Numbered from the stretch's first letter, positions 53,376 through 62,245 are shown. The stretch is 64,000 bases of DNA from Acidimicrobiia bacterium (GCA_965215185.1 OZ244034.1:416001-480000); one strand, 5' to 3'. Notes: a model not told the origin generated them from the sequence alone. Numbers and translations: made by a program.

Positions 53376-54187
53376 TGGTTGCCCCCTGATCGGGGGAAAG
53401 GCTGGGGTGGGCGTCCCGCCCCGAGCACGCTCTGGTCGTAGTCGATCACCGCTCCGGTCATCAGGCCCGACGCTTCGGAGGCCAGGAAAGCGATTGCCTC
53501 GGCTATCTCATCCACCTTCAGGAGTCTGCCAAAAGGCGATCTGGCTTCCGCTCGGGCCAGCCAGTCGCTCCCGGCACCGTGGCTTCTCTGCATGACATCC
53601 TCGGCAGGGGTGTCGGACCACCCGGGTTGGAGGCAGTTAACCCGGATCCGATCCGGCATCACCGCGTAGGCTACGTTTCGGGTCAAAGCGGCCAGGGCGG
53701 CCTTGGACGCGGAGTAGGGGGCGATGTGCGGTTGCCCCCCGTGGGCGGTAATCGATCCGACGTTGACGATGGTTCCCCTCAGTTGCTGCCTTCTCATGAT
53801 CCGCACCGTCTCTTGCATCAGAAAAAAGGGCGACCGAATGTTGATCGCCATGATTTCCTCCCAATGTTCCAGGGTGGTGGTCTCGATAGACCCCCATGAC
53901 GTGCTTGCCGCGCTGTTAACCAGAATGTCGATCCGACCAAAACGCTGGTCGGCAGTCTGGATTACCCGGCGGTAGGCGGTGGGGAGTGCCAAATCGGCGG
54001 CGACGAATACGGCGTCTGTGCCTTGGCGGCTCCGGAGGGATCGGGCCACCCTTTCCCCGCGCTCGGGGTTTCGTCCGGTGATCACAATGCCAGCTGCTCC
54101 TCGGTCGGCCATCAACCGGGCGGCGGCTTCTCCTATACCGGAGGTACTTCCGGTGACGACGGCTACTTTACCCTCGAAAGGTCGCAT
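53372..54187 (-). CDS. SDR oxidoreductase of the iol cluster, copy 1
   Basis: TGSTSGIG, YSASK, PGW. Confidence 0.92.
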   Translation of the reverse strand: MRPFEGKVAVVTGSTSGIGEAAARLMADRGAAGIVITGRNPERGERVARSLRSRQGTDAVFVAADLALPTAYRRVIQTADQRFGRIDILVNSAASTSWGSIETTTLEHWEEIMAINIRSPFFLMQETVRIMRRQQLRGTIVNVGSITAHGGQPHIAPYSASKAALAALTRNVAYAVMPDRIRVNCLQPGWSDTPAEDVMQRSHGAGSDWLARAEARSPFGRLLKVDEIAEAIAFLASEASGLMTGAVIDYDQSVLGAGRPPQPFPRSGGNQ

Positions 54188-54203
54188 GGCAGCAAACCAG
54201 AGG

Positions 54204-54285
54204 CCTAAACGCCCCTCTCAGCGGGATCACTGGTTGTCCCCTGATCGGGGAGGGGGCTGGGGTGGGAGTCCGCTCCGGGCACGCT
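54204..54285 (-). repeat. Orphan copy of the SDR 3' end and iolE start, fused to a copy of the iolD stop region
   Basis: 54217-54285 resembles 53362-53431; gcctaaacgccc also occurs at the iolD stop (58074-58085). Confidence 0.85.
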
Positions 54286-54422
54286 GTAAGGGTATAAACT
54301 CCCAGGTAGATGAAGGTATGGGTAGGAACCATCACCACTTCCAGCACCACCACACGATCTGGGGATGGCACAGCACCCGGTAGAGCGTTGGTCATTGGTC
54401 CTCTTCGTGTTGTATCGTGTCG

Positions 54423-54484
54423 TACCCGGTGGGGAGTCGAACTCCAGCTATGACCATTCGGGTGAGGAGTGACCGCTACCGGGT
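54423..54484 (-). ncRNA. tRNA-like mini-element (acceptor stem plus T-arm, no canonical D or anticodon arms)
   Basis: Perfect 7-bp stem acccggt/accgggt followed by A, and ggagTTCGActcc T-loop. Confidence 0.45.
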
Positions 54485-54667
54485 CACCCTATCGTAGGCG
54501 GCTAGCTGCTGATCGTCCTGCCAGTCGGTGATGCGCTCCTGGTGGGTGCTGATGACACCACAGCTAGCGCAGATGGTTTTCTCAGGAGCCATCAGGTGAT
54601 CACACCGGAAGCAGGGTAGAACCTGCTCTGCCATCTGGTACAGGTAGGAGCCGGAAGAGTGCCACAT
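54476..54667 (-). CDS. Small zinc-ribbon-like hypothetical protein
   Basis: CFRC...CASC. Confidence 0.45.
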   Translation of the reverse strand: MWHSSGSYLYQMAEQVLPCFRCDHLMAPEKTICASCGVISTHQERITDWQDDQQLAAYDRVTR

Positions 54668-54801
54668 TACCGATCCGGTGATAGTGCGGCTGTGACGATC
54701 TCACCGTTGGTGAGTTGATAGAGTTATAACGATGGAACAGCCACCACAACGATGGGACAAACGAGCCTACCTACAGGCCAGGAGGAGTAATAATCTAGGT
54801 G

Positions 54802-54951
54802 ATGCACCCCACACCCATCACTAGACCAGCACCCGTACTGGCCATGGAAAAGCGGTGTATGACCCTGGCTATCTGTAGGCGTTGCGGCCACCAGGGCACC
54901 TATCACGAGGTGGTACAGACCATCAAGGTGTGCGGTCTGGTGTCTGAGTAA
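54802..54951 (+). CDS. 49-aa Cys-containing microprotein
   Basis: ...ICRRCGH...VCG; ends 3 nt before the next ATG. Confidence 0.45.
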   Translation: MHPTPITRPAPVLAMEKRCMTLAICRRCGHQGTYHEVVQTIKVCGLVSE

Positions 54952-54954
54952 CCC

Positions 54955-55308
54955 ATGCCATTCACAGAGATGCGCTGCTTTAGCGTGAAGTTTTCCCGAT
55001 ACGGTTCGGCAGATGAGACCATTACAACCCCTCCGGCTGAGGTCAACCTAGCAGCGTCCGTATCCGTAATACCACGGGATGCCCGGCCATTGTGGTTTGA
55101 TGCTGACTCGCCAATAGTGCCTGTCATGATTCAAGATGTCACCATGACCGATGGCATCCTGACCTGTAGGCTGATACCTAGTGAGTACCTGATGCCAGCC
55201 AATAGCCGCTACCGGCTAGCGGTGGAGTATCTCGGGCCTAGCCCTATGCTTGACTTCCGTATGCCAGACGAGGACAAACGGCTAGAGCCGGACATGGTCA
55301 TACCGTGA
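54955..55308 (+). CDS. Hypothetical phage-like beta-rich protein
   Basis: 117 aa; DGILTCRLIPS...PANSRYRL is reminiscent of phage tail accessory N-domains (weak). Confidence 0.55.
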   Translation: MPFTEMRCFSVKFSRYGSADETITTPPAEVNLAASVSVIPRDARPLWFDADSPIVPVMIQDVTMTDGILTCRLIPSEYLMPANSRYRLAVEYLGPSPMLDFRMPDEDKRLEPDMVIP

Positions 55309-55445
55309 GGGTGTACCGGGTACCAGTTGCCATAGGGGGGCAACCTCCTGGCGTGTGCGACTGCGGTGTGAGTTGGGGCTACTCTGTGGACCGCAAGCTA
55401 AACGCTCGCCCTCGGTGTATTTACTGTGATCACTGGTGCGAATGA
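55305..55445 (+). CDS. 46-aa Cys-rich microprotein A
   Basis: GTGA overlap; PPGVCDCGVSW...PRCIYCDHWCE. Confidence 0.55.
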   Translation: MRVYRVPVAIGGQPPGVCDCGVSWGYSVDRKLNARPRCIYCDHWCE

Positions 55446-55621
55446 TGGGACGCCCCTGGATAGATAGACCGGCTGGCCGGTGTGGGTGCGGGTTTCCATG
55501 GACATGGTGGTTAGTACGTAACAGTTTGAGACCGTACCCAATGTGTGTGTGGTGCGGCCATCGGTGCGATCAGTGTCTAGCCGACACGCTCAAACCTCTA
55601 GCCGAATGCGGGGCAGTGTAG
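55442..55621 (+). CDS. 59-aa Cys-rich microprotein B
   Basis: ATGA overlap; PAGRCGCGFPW...PMCVWCGHRCDQC. Confidence 0.55.
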   Translation: MMGRPWIDRPAGRCGCGFPWTWWLVRNSLRPYPMCVWCGHRCDQCLADTLKPLAECGAV

Positions 55622-56015
55622 GTAGGAGTTGGCCTTATCCTCTTCAGGACATCGGAGGCGGGTGGCGTCATGGTACAGGGCCTCATGTAGCTCCTCCTGG
55701 GCAGTCTGGGCTTGACTAGCCGTGCTGCTGGGGCCATCAATTACCCGCCTAAAGCGCAGGATCAGGGACCGGTAGGTTTTCAACTCACGGCCATGGAGCG
55801 GCTGGCGGTCAGCTATACGAGCCGGGTCTACTAGGGAAGCAGCCTCAATCTCAACCCTAGCCCACACTCCCATAGCCTTGGCGGTGCGGATCATTCGGTT
55901 AGCGGCTATCAGGTGCTTACGTCCGGTGCGGGGTTGGTAGCTGTAGCCATTTGGGTAGGGATTATTACGGGACCGCTCCGGGGTGGAGCGATCGGGTGTA
56001 CGGTAGGTATAAATG
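55598..56015 (-). pseudogene. Hypothetical gene, apparently 5'-truncated by the MITE-like unit
   Basis: The frame of ORF 55598-55894 stays open upstream until the inverted repeat at 56016-24. Confidence 0.45.
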
Positions 56016-56283
56016 GGGACTTATGCATAGTGGAAACAACACCACAACCCCGACATGGAACACTTTCCCTCTGAGTTGAACATGTCGCATTTCGACCGGA
56101 TGAAAATGTTCACCGACGTGAGACGAGACCATTGGGTGGGACTCCCCCGATGACAGAGCGCAATAACAATTCGGGTGGTAAGACCTGTTTTTCTTCCGAG
56201 GAAAACACGGCAACCCTGACGCTGCAGAACCATACACCAAAAACAGACACAACACCCCGTGGCCACTTAGGTATATAAGTCCC
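56016..56283. mobile_element. 268-bp MITE-like unit with GGGACTTAT...ATAAGTCCC termini
   Basis: Perfect 9-bp terminal inverted repeat with looser extension; no clear coding content; no target-site duplication. Confidence 0.6.
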
Positions 56284-56676
56284 TACCTATCTACCGCTCC
56301 GACGACGCACCGCACTCCATGCCTGACGAGTCACAGACCGGGAAGAAGATCAAGTCCGCCCAGCAACGACAGGACAGATGCTCAAAGAGTTCGCATCAAC
56401 ACAAGGAGACGGGCACGCAAGGTGAATGCCTTACGAAGAAGCCAGTCCAACCGCAGGCAGAACCAGCGCAACCGCATCGCTAAGGAGATAACTACTTCCG
56501 GTCATGCAGCCGTAGTAGTGGAATATCTCAAGGTGAATAACGTGGTATTCTCAGCCAGGGAACTATCAAACACCCAGGTGTGAAGGTGTCTCAGAAGAAA
56601 CGTGGGACAACGCGAGAAACAAGTGTTTTCCTGTGCGGATTGCGGAGTGGTCACTCATGCTGACCGCAACGCTTCG
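56284..56676 (+). pseudogene. tnpB: IS200/IS605 TnpB remnant with frameshifts and internal deletion
   Basis: RNRIAKEI...AVVVEYLKVNN...SAR, PGVKVSQKK, then FSCADCGVVTHADRNAS (Zn finger and RuvC-III). Confidence 0.8.
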
Positions 56677-56958
56677 CTGTATCGCAGGGTGTTTGGTGAG
56701 CGTTTAGCACAGGTGTGGCTTTTTGGGTCTAGGGCAACCGGGGTTCACCGTCCCAGTTCCGATGTTGACCTTTTGGTTGTTCTCCACGAAGAATACGCGA
56801 TAGGTTCGGAGTTGGATTTGTTGTATTCGGTAGCGGAACCGATCCGGTTGGCTCACCGGGTGTACATTGACGGGCATCCCACCACTCTGCGGAAACTCAC
56901 CACAAGCGACGACGATTTTCACTATTTCGTGAGACGCGAAGGCAAACGAGTGGATTAG
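56677..56958 (+). CDS. Minimal nucleotidyltransferase (MNT) domain fused in frame to the TnpB tail
   Basis: VWLFGSRATG..RPSSDVDLLVVL...VRREG; native start absent; no HEPN partner seen. Confidence 0.75.
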   Translation: MYRRVFGERLAQVWLFGSRATGVHRPSSDVDLLVVLHEEYAIGSELDLLYSVAEPIRLAHRVYIDGHPTTLRKLTTSDDDFHYFVRREGKRVD

Positions 56959-57159
56959 CGAACATCACGTGGTTGTGTCGCATGATCTAATGGAAAGGGT
57001 GTCGCCCTCCCTCACGGCGACAAACCCCTCTTTGCTCCATTGTTTTGCTGTCAGCGTGTTTTTTTGTCGGGGTTGAACAGTGTTTTGCGTACCCGAGGCG
57101 CGATTATGGATGCCGCGGCCACCGCGATAACAACCATTATTCCGCCGAGCGACCGTCCC

Positions 57160-57181
57160 GCCACTTAGGTATATAAGTCCC
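57160..57181 (+). repeat. Second copy of the element end gccacttaggtatataagtccc
   Basis: 22-bp identity with 56262-56283. Confidence 0.9.
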
Positions 57182-57251
57182 CATATATAGATGGTACCCG
57201 GTGGGTACGATGTGTGTCGTAAAAGGTACGCTGACCTGGTCAGGTACGGTT

Positions 57252-58067
57252 TTACCTAGGTTTAGGTGGCCTGGGTTTAGGAGTAGACGGTGTGCCCGCT
57301 CCGAGCACGCTCTGGTCGTAGTCGATCACAGCTCCGGTCATTAGGCCGGACGCTTCGGAGGCTAGGAAAGCGATTGCCTCCGCTATCTCATCCGGCTTCA
57401 GGAGTTGACCGAATGGAGATCCGCTTTCTGCTTGGGCCAGCCAGTCGTCCGCTGCGCCGTGTTTCTTCTGCATAGCGTGTTGGGCAGGGGTGTCGGACCA
57501 CCCGGGTTGCAGACAGTTAACCCGGATCCGATCCGGCATCACGGCGTAGGCTACGTTGCGGGTCAGGGCAGCAAGGGCGGCCTTGGAGGCGGAGTAGGGG
57601 GCTAAGAACGTAGGCCCCCCGTGGGCCGCGATGGAACCGACGTTGACGATGGTTCCCCTCACCCCTTCCCGTCTCATGATCCGCACTGTTTCTTGCATCA
57701 GGAAGAAGGGCGACCGGAGGTTGGTCGTCATGATTTCCTCCCAATGTTCGAGGGTGGCGGTTTCGATTGAGCCTTGTGCCGTGCTTCCCGCGCTATTCAC
57801 CAAGATGTCGATCCGACCAAAACGCCGATCTGCAGCCTCGGTTACCTGGCGGTAGGCGGAAGGCAGCGCCAAGTCGGCGGCGACAAAGATGGCATCCGTG
57901 CCGGTGCGGCTACGAAGGGATCTGACCACCCTTTGTCCGCGTTCGGGGTTTCGTCCGGTGATGACAATCCCCTCTGCTCCCCGTTCGGCCATCAACCTTG
58001 CGGTGGCTTCGCCTATTCCGGAGGTACTACCGGTGATGACTGCCGCTTTGCCCTCGAATGGTCGCAT
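57252..58067 (-). CDS. SDR oxidoreductase of the iol cluster, copy 2 (C-terminus replaced)
   Basis: 271-aa paralog of 53372-54187; diverges abruptly after SVLGAG. Confidence 0.92.
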   Translation of the reverse strand: MRPFEGKAAVITGSTSGIGEATARLMAERGAEGIVITGRNPERGQRVVRSLRSRTGTDAIFVAADLALPSAYRQVTEAADRRFGRIDILVNSAGSTAQGSIETATLEHWEEIMTTNLRSPFFLMQETVRIMRREGVRGTIVNVGSIAAHGGPTFLAPYSASKAALAALTRNVAYAVMPDRIRVNCLQPGWSDTPAQHAMQKKHGAADDWLAQAESGSPFGQLLKPDEIAEAIAFLASEASGLMTGAVIDYDQSVLGAGTPSTPKPRPPKPR

Positions 58068-58075
58068 AAGGATGC

Positions 58076-59917
58076 CTAAACGCCCACTCGCTGGTGTTTT
58101 CTTTCCGCGTCAGATTGACCGCGGGCCACCCTCACCAATTCTCGTTCGCTCACCTCGGGGATACCTACTTCCCACCAGGCCCCTCCCTCGCCCCACTGGT
58201 AGGGGTGGGTCTCGATCACGATCACGTAGGTGCGGTCAGCCGCCTTGGCACGTTGATAGGCGTCGGCCAGTTCATCGACTCGCTCCACCCGCTCGGCCAG
58301 TGCCCCCATCGACCGGGCGTGCTCCACAAAGTCCACGCGGGCCAGCCGTTGATGGCGAGAGGAGGACAGCAGGTTGTTGAACTCCTCTCCTCCCGTGTTG
58401 ACTTGCAGACGGTTGATTACCGCGAAGCCGCCGTTGTCACACAGGATCAGGATCAGTTTGTGGCCGCTGAACACACTAGAATAGATGTCGGAGTTCATCA
58501 TCAGATACGAGCCGTCACCCACCCAGGTCACCACGTCCCGATCCGGAAGGGCCATCTTGGCGCCCCACGCTCCCGAGATTTCATACCCCATCGTGGAATA
58601 GCCGAACTCGGCGTCAACCGTGCCCACCTGTTTGGACCGCCACCCGAGGTTGAGCTCCCCGGGAAGCCCTCCTGCTGCCGAGAGGCAATAGTCGTCAGGG
58701 TCGCTGATCCGCCAGATGGCCTGGATCACCGACTGATAGGAGGGAGGCACGCCGCTGCGACCCTTCCAACCGTTCAGGTAGGCGTTCCACTTATCCATTT
58801 CGGTCTGGGCGGTCTGAAGCCACTCCCCGGGCGCCCGGTAGCTGCCCAATTGCTGGTCGATTTGGGTGAGGCTCAATCGGGCGTCGCCGACAACGGACTG
58901 GGCGTGTTGTTTGAGGGCGTCCCAGCGGGCGGTGTTGATCGAAACGAACCGGACCTCGGGGCGCTGGAAAGCTGTCCACGATCCGGTGGTGAAATCTTGG
59001 AGCCGGGTCCCCACCGCTATCACCAGATCGGCTCGGGCGGCCAGATGATTGGCCGAAGCTCCTCCAATAACCCCCATCGCCCCGGCAAAATTGGGATGAC
59101 CGTGCACCATGACCGACTTGCCGGCTACCGTTTCCACGACCGGGATGCCCCTTCGAACGGCGAAATCGGTCAACTGCGTGACAGCGTCCGAATAGTGAAC
59201 ACCCCCGCCGGCGATGATCAGGGGTTGGCGGGCCTCGGTGATCAGGGCGGCCGCGGCGGCAGTCTCCCTGGGGTCGGGAGCGGGACGCCGGATATAGTGG
59301 ACCCGCTCGGAGAAAAAGGCGACGGGATAGTTGTAAGCCTCCGACTGGACGTCCTGGGGAAGGGCGAGGAAAGCCGGTCCGCAGTCGGCTGGGTCCAGCA
59401 TCACCCCCAGCGCTTGGGGGAGGGATGGCACGATTTGCTCAGGGCTGGTGATGCGATCCCAGTACCGGGTGACAGGGCGGAAGGTGTCGCACACTGAAAT
59501 AGTGGGATCACCGAAGTTCTCCACCTGCTGGAGCACCGGGTCGACGATCCTATGAGTGAAGTAGTCGCCGCTGAACAGGAGTAGGGGAAGACGGTTGGCG
59601 TGGGCGGCGGCGGCGGCGGTGATCATGTTGGTGCTGCCTGGCCCGATAGAGGAAGCCGCCACCATGATCTGGCGACGGTGACGGGCCTTGGCGAAGGCCA
59701 TGGCTGCCAAGGCCATCCCCTGTTCGTTCTGACCCCGCCAGGTCGGCAACTGGTCCGAGACCGGCTGAAGGGCTTCCCCCAGGCAAGTTACGTTGCCGTG
59801 CCCGAAGATGGCGAACACCCCGGGGAACAACGGCACCCTGTTACCACCAATTACGGTTTTTTGGGCAATTAGCCATTTGACCACGGCTTGGGCCGTAGTC
59901 AACCGGATGGTTTCCAT
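58076..59917 (-). CDS. iolD: 3D-(3,5/4)-trihydroxycyclohexane-1,2-dione acylhydrolase
   Basis: TIRLTTAQA, IFGHGNV, NEQGMA, SIGPG, DPVLQQ, GDGSYLM...N, WWEV. Confidence 0.96.
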   Translation of the reverse strand: METIRLTTAQAVVKWLIAQKTVIGGNRVPLFPGVFAIFGHGNVTCLGEALQPVSDQLPTWRGQNEQGMALAAMAFAKARHRRQIMVAASSIGPGSTNMITAAAAAHANRLPLLLFSGDYFTHRIVDPVLQQVENFGDPTISVCDTFRPVTRYWDRITSPEQIVPSLPQALGVMLDPADCGPAFLALPQDVQSEAYNYPVAFFSERVHYIRRPAPDPRETAAAAALITEARQPLIIAGGGVHYSDAVTQLTDFAVRRGIPVVETVAGKSVMVHGHPNFAGAMGVIGGASANHLAARADLVIAVGTRLQDFTTGSWTAFQRPEVRFVSINTARWDALKQHAQSVVGDARLSLTQIDQQLGSYRAPGEWLQTAQTEMDKWNAYLNGWKGRSGVPPSYQSVIQAIWRISDPDDYCLSAAGGLPGELNLGWRSKQVGTVDAEFGYSTMGYEISGAWGAKMALPDRDVVTWVGDGSYLMMNSDIYSSVFSGHKLILILCDNGGFAVINRLQVNTGGEEFNNLLSSSRHQRLARVDFVEHARSMGALAERVERVDELADAYQRAKAADRTYVIVIETHPYQWGEGGAWWEVGIPEVSERELVRVARGQSDAERKHQRVGV

Positions 59918-59969
59918 CCGCAGTTGTCTCCTTGTTGCGCTATTGGCCGTTGTCTAACAGGGGCCCTTG

Positions 59970-60427
59970 ATTTTAGCCCCCAACTCCGGGAACCTCCGCC
60001 GGGCGTCGGGTAGCGGTGATTGTATTTCGATCACCCAGGGCAGCGTCTGGAAACCCAAGGGGTCTTGCCGTTCCGGTTCACACCAGCGAGGGTATGTCAA
60101 CGGTGTCGTCGGGTGTTCTCCCGAGTGGCTTTCCGGCCTGAGCGGCTGCCTCGGCGATCACGCGGTGCATGGACATAGGGGCGTTATGTCAACAATCTCC
60201 ACCTAGGGGGTGGTTGATCACCTCTTCCCACTCTGCGCCGCCTTGTTCGGACCCGAATTGCCTCACCGCGGTTTCCATCCGCTGGGGAACGGGGTCGGCC
60301 ATGCCACCAATCTCGGTTGGATATCGCTTTCGGGAAAATTGACCGGCAGGTTGCGATAGGCGTGGGTGTGGGATTGGCCCATACAGCCGAATCCGATCAA
60401 TGCGATGCCGGGGCGTTGCCGGGTCAA
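59970..60427 (-). pseudogene. Decayed Gfo/Idh/MocA (inositol dehydrogenase-like) oxidoreductase
   Basis: TTG at 60427 gives GIALIGFGCMGQSHTHAY...PRLVA, then frameshifts and a stop, WEEVINHP*VEIVDIT, AAAQAGKPLGRT. The 3' limit is approximate. Confidence 0.8.
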
Positions 60428-60451
60428 TTGAAAGGCCTTAAAGGTATTCCT

Positions 60452-61447
60452 TTACTCCAAGAGGCTACGGTCTGCCCTGCTGAGGACTTCGGGATTGACC
60501 AGATGTTTGGGCATACGACCGGTTAGGACCGCCAGGACCTCGTCTCTGGCCGTAAACAGCATGCGCAGCTTGCCCTCGGGCGTCCAGGACGCCACGTGGG
60601 GGGTGATCAGCACATTGTCGAAGCCCAGCAGAGGGTGGCCAACTGGGAGGGGCTCGGGATCGGTGACATCCAGGCCTACCCCTCCAAGGCGGCCGGAGGA
60701 GACGGCCTCCACCAAGGCGTTGGTGTTCACCAATCCCCCCCGGGCGGTGTTGATTAAAATGACGCCGCGCTTCATCCTTCCGAGGGCTTCACTGCTGATG
60801 AGACCCCTTGAGTGGGCGGTGAGCGGAATGTGGAGAGAGACGACGTCAGCGGAGGCAAGCATGTCGGATAGGTCATCGGCTCGAGTTGCATTGAGGAACT
60901 GATCATCGGGCAGGTAGGGGTCGAAGGCGGCGACTCTCATTCCTATGGCGGCGGCGATGGCGGCAACCCTCCGGCCTATCCTGCCCAAACCCACCAATCC
61001 CAAGAGCTTGCCGTCCAGTTCGGTGGAGGTGTGAGACTCTATGATGCTGAAGTCTCCTTGGCGAAGATGATGCTGAAACGTCGGAAGCTGCTTCGCCACC
61101 GCCATCATCAAAGCCACGGCGTGCTCGGCTGTGGGTACGGTTGGCGACTCAGGTGTGTTGCACACGTATATTCCCCGTTGGGTCGCCGCCGCCACGTTCA
61201 CCGAGTCGTATCCGATTCCGGAGCGGGCGATTACGACCAGTTTGGGTGCACGGTCCATCACCTCGCGGTCGTATCGGCGTACCCCCGCCACTATTGCGAC
61301 TGCTCGTTCTACCCGGTGGTAGGGATCTTGGGAAGTCCCCGGGCTAAGGACTTTGATTCCCGCCCGGCGCACTTCATCCATACCTGGCCAATGGCTGCGC
61401 TCGAACCAGACGGGATAGGGGGTGGAGATTGGTGACAAATCACTCAT
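60452..61447 (-). CDS. D-isomer-specific 2-hydroxyacid dehydrogenase (SerA-like)
   Basis: GIGYD, AEH, GLGRIG, INTARG, LDV..PEP, TPHVA. Confidence 0.92.
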   Translation of the reverse strand: MSDLSPISTPYPVWFERSHWPGMDEVRRAGIKVLSPGTSQDPYHRVERAVAIVAGVRRYDREVMDRAPKLVVIARSGIGYDSVNVAAATQRGIYVCNTPESPTVPTAEHAVALMMAVAKQLPTFQHHLRQGDFSIIESHTSTELDGKLLGLVGLGRIGRRVAAIAAAIGMRVAAFDPYLPDDQFLNATRADDLSDMLASADVVSLHIPLTAHSRGLISSEALGRMKRGVILINTARGGLVNTNALVEAVSSGRLGGVGLDVTDPEPLPVGHPLLGFDNVLITPHVASWTPEGKLRMLFTARDEVLAVLTGRMPKHLVNPEVLSRADRSLLE

Positions 61448-61578
61448 GGAGTTCGGTTAGAGGTTAGAGGAGACCGTCCGCCGGTTCGGCTGAGGCTCCA
61501 GGCTGCTCCTCCTCGGTTGGTTCGGTGGGAACTGTCGCAGACTCTCGGTGTACGGCGTCATTGGACTACCGAGAATGA

Positions 61579-61917
61579 TCAGGCCGGGGGAGCGCCTCTT
61601 TTTCTGATGCGTCCCCAGAAGAGGGCTAGAGACAAAAAGATGAGGACCACCCCCGCCAGCAGCCGCCATCGCGTCAGAAGGAGGATGGCTCCCCCTCCCA
61701 CGGCCAGCACGACTCCCCACCGTATGGAGCGAAGCGACGGGTAAGCCAGCCACACCGCCGCTAAGAGAATATCCGCCCGAAGCAGTACCGATCCTATTTC
61801 CGTATTGCCTTGCCACCAGGTCACGGCGGCTGCCACCGCCAGGCACACAGCTCCCAACCCCAGTAGAAGGCGTCGATGGTCAGTGGGGGTGGGGCGTTCT
61901 CCGCTCATCTGCATCAA
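61579..61917 (-). CDS. Small membrane protein
   Basis: 3-4 hydrophobic helices. Confidence 0.65.
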   Translation of the reverse strand: MMQMSGERPTPTDHRRLLLGLGAVCLAVAAAVTWWQGNTEIGSVLLRADILLAAVWLAYPSLRSIRWGVVLAVGGGAILLLTRWRLLAGVVLIFLSLALFWGRIRKRGAPPA

Positions 61918-61960
61918 GCTAGCGACTCCACAGATTTCGTCTTCCTAAACTTCTTCCGTT

Positions 61961-62245
61961 ATGCCTATAGATGTTGATGTTGCTCATGTCGCCAACTTGG
62001 CTCGGATAGCCCTTTCTCCTCGAAAGCTTGACCGATACCGGGAGGAATTGGGTGTCATCTTGGATCATGCTTCCCGTGTCCAGGAAGTAGACACATCCGA
62101 TGCAACGCCCCTCTCCCATCCTCTGGGACAGACCAATGTGTTCCGCGCCGATCAAGTTGGGCCGTCGCTTGACCGCGAAGAAGTTCTGGAGATGGCGCCG
62201 GAGAGCCGCGATGGCTTTTTCGTAACCTCCCCGGCGCTTGACTGA
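61961..62245 (+). CDS. gatC: Asp/Glu-tRNA amidotransferase subunit C
   Basis: VAHVANLARI, NVFRAD, APE..DGFF. Confidence 0.94.
   Translation: MPIDVDVAHVANLARIALSPRKLDRYREELGVILDHASRVQEVDTSDATPLSHPLGQTNVFRADQVGPSLDREEVLEMAPESRDGFFVTSPALD

Larger units (their letters stand above)
54270..57311. mobile_element. Decayed integrative or phage-like element in the SDR 3' end
   Basis: Flanked by ccgctccg(g/a)gcacgct at 54270-85 and 57296-311; atypical small ORFs and IS remnants inside; no integrase seen. Confidence 0.65.

Noticed and set aside
54423-54484. Functional tRNA gene
   Set aside because: No D-arm or anticodon stem and too short; kept only as a tRNA-like element.
58094-59497. 467-aa plus-strand ORF
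   Set aside because: Antisense shadow of iolD.
60165-60195. dif-like ggacata-ggggcg-ttatgtcaaca
   Set aside because: The left arm is off-register, and the sequence is explained as codons of the decayed Gfo/Idh gene (VEIVDIT).
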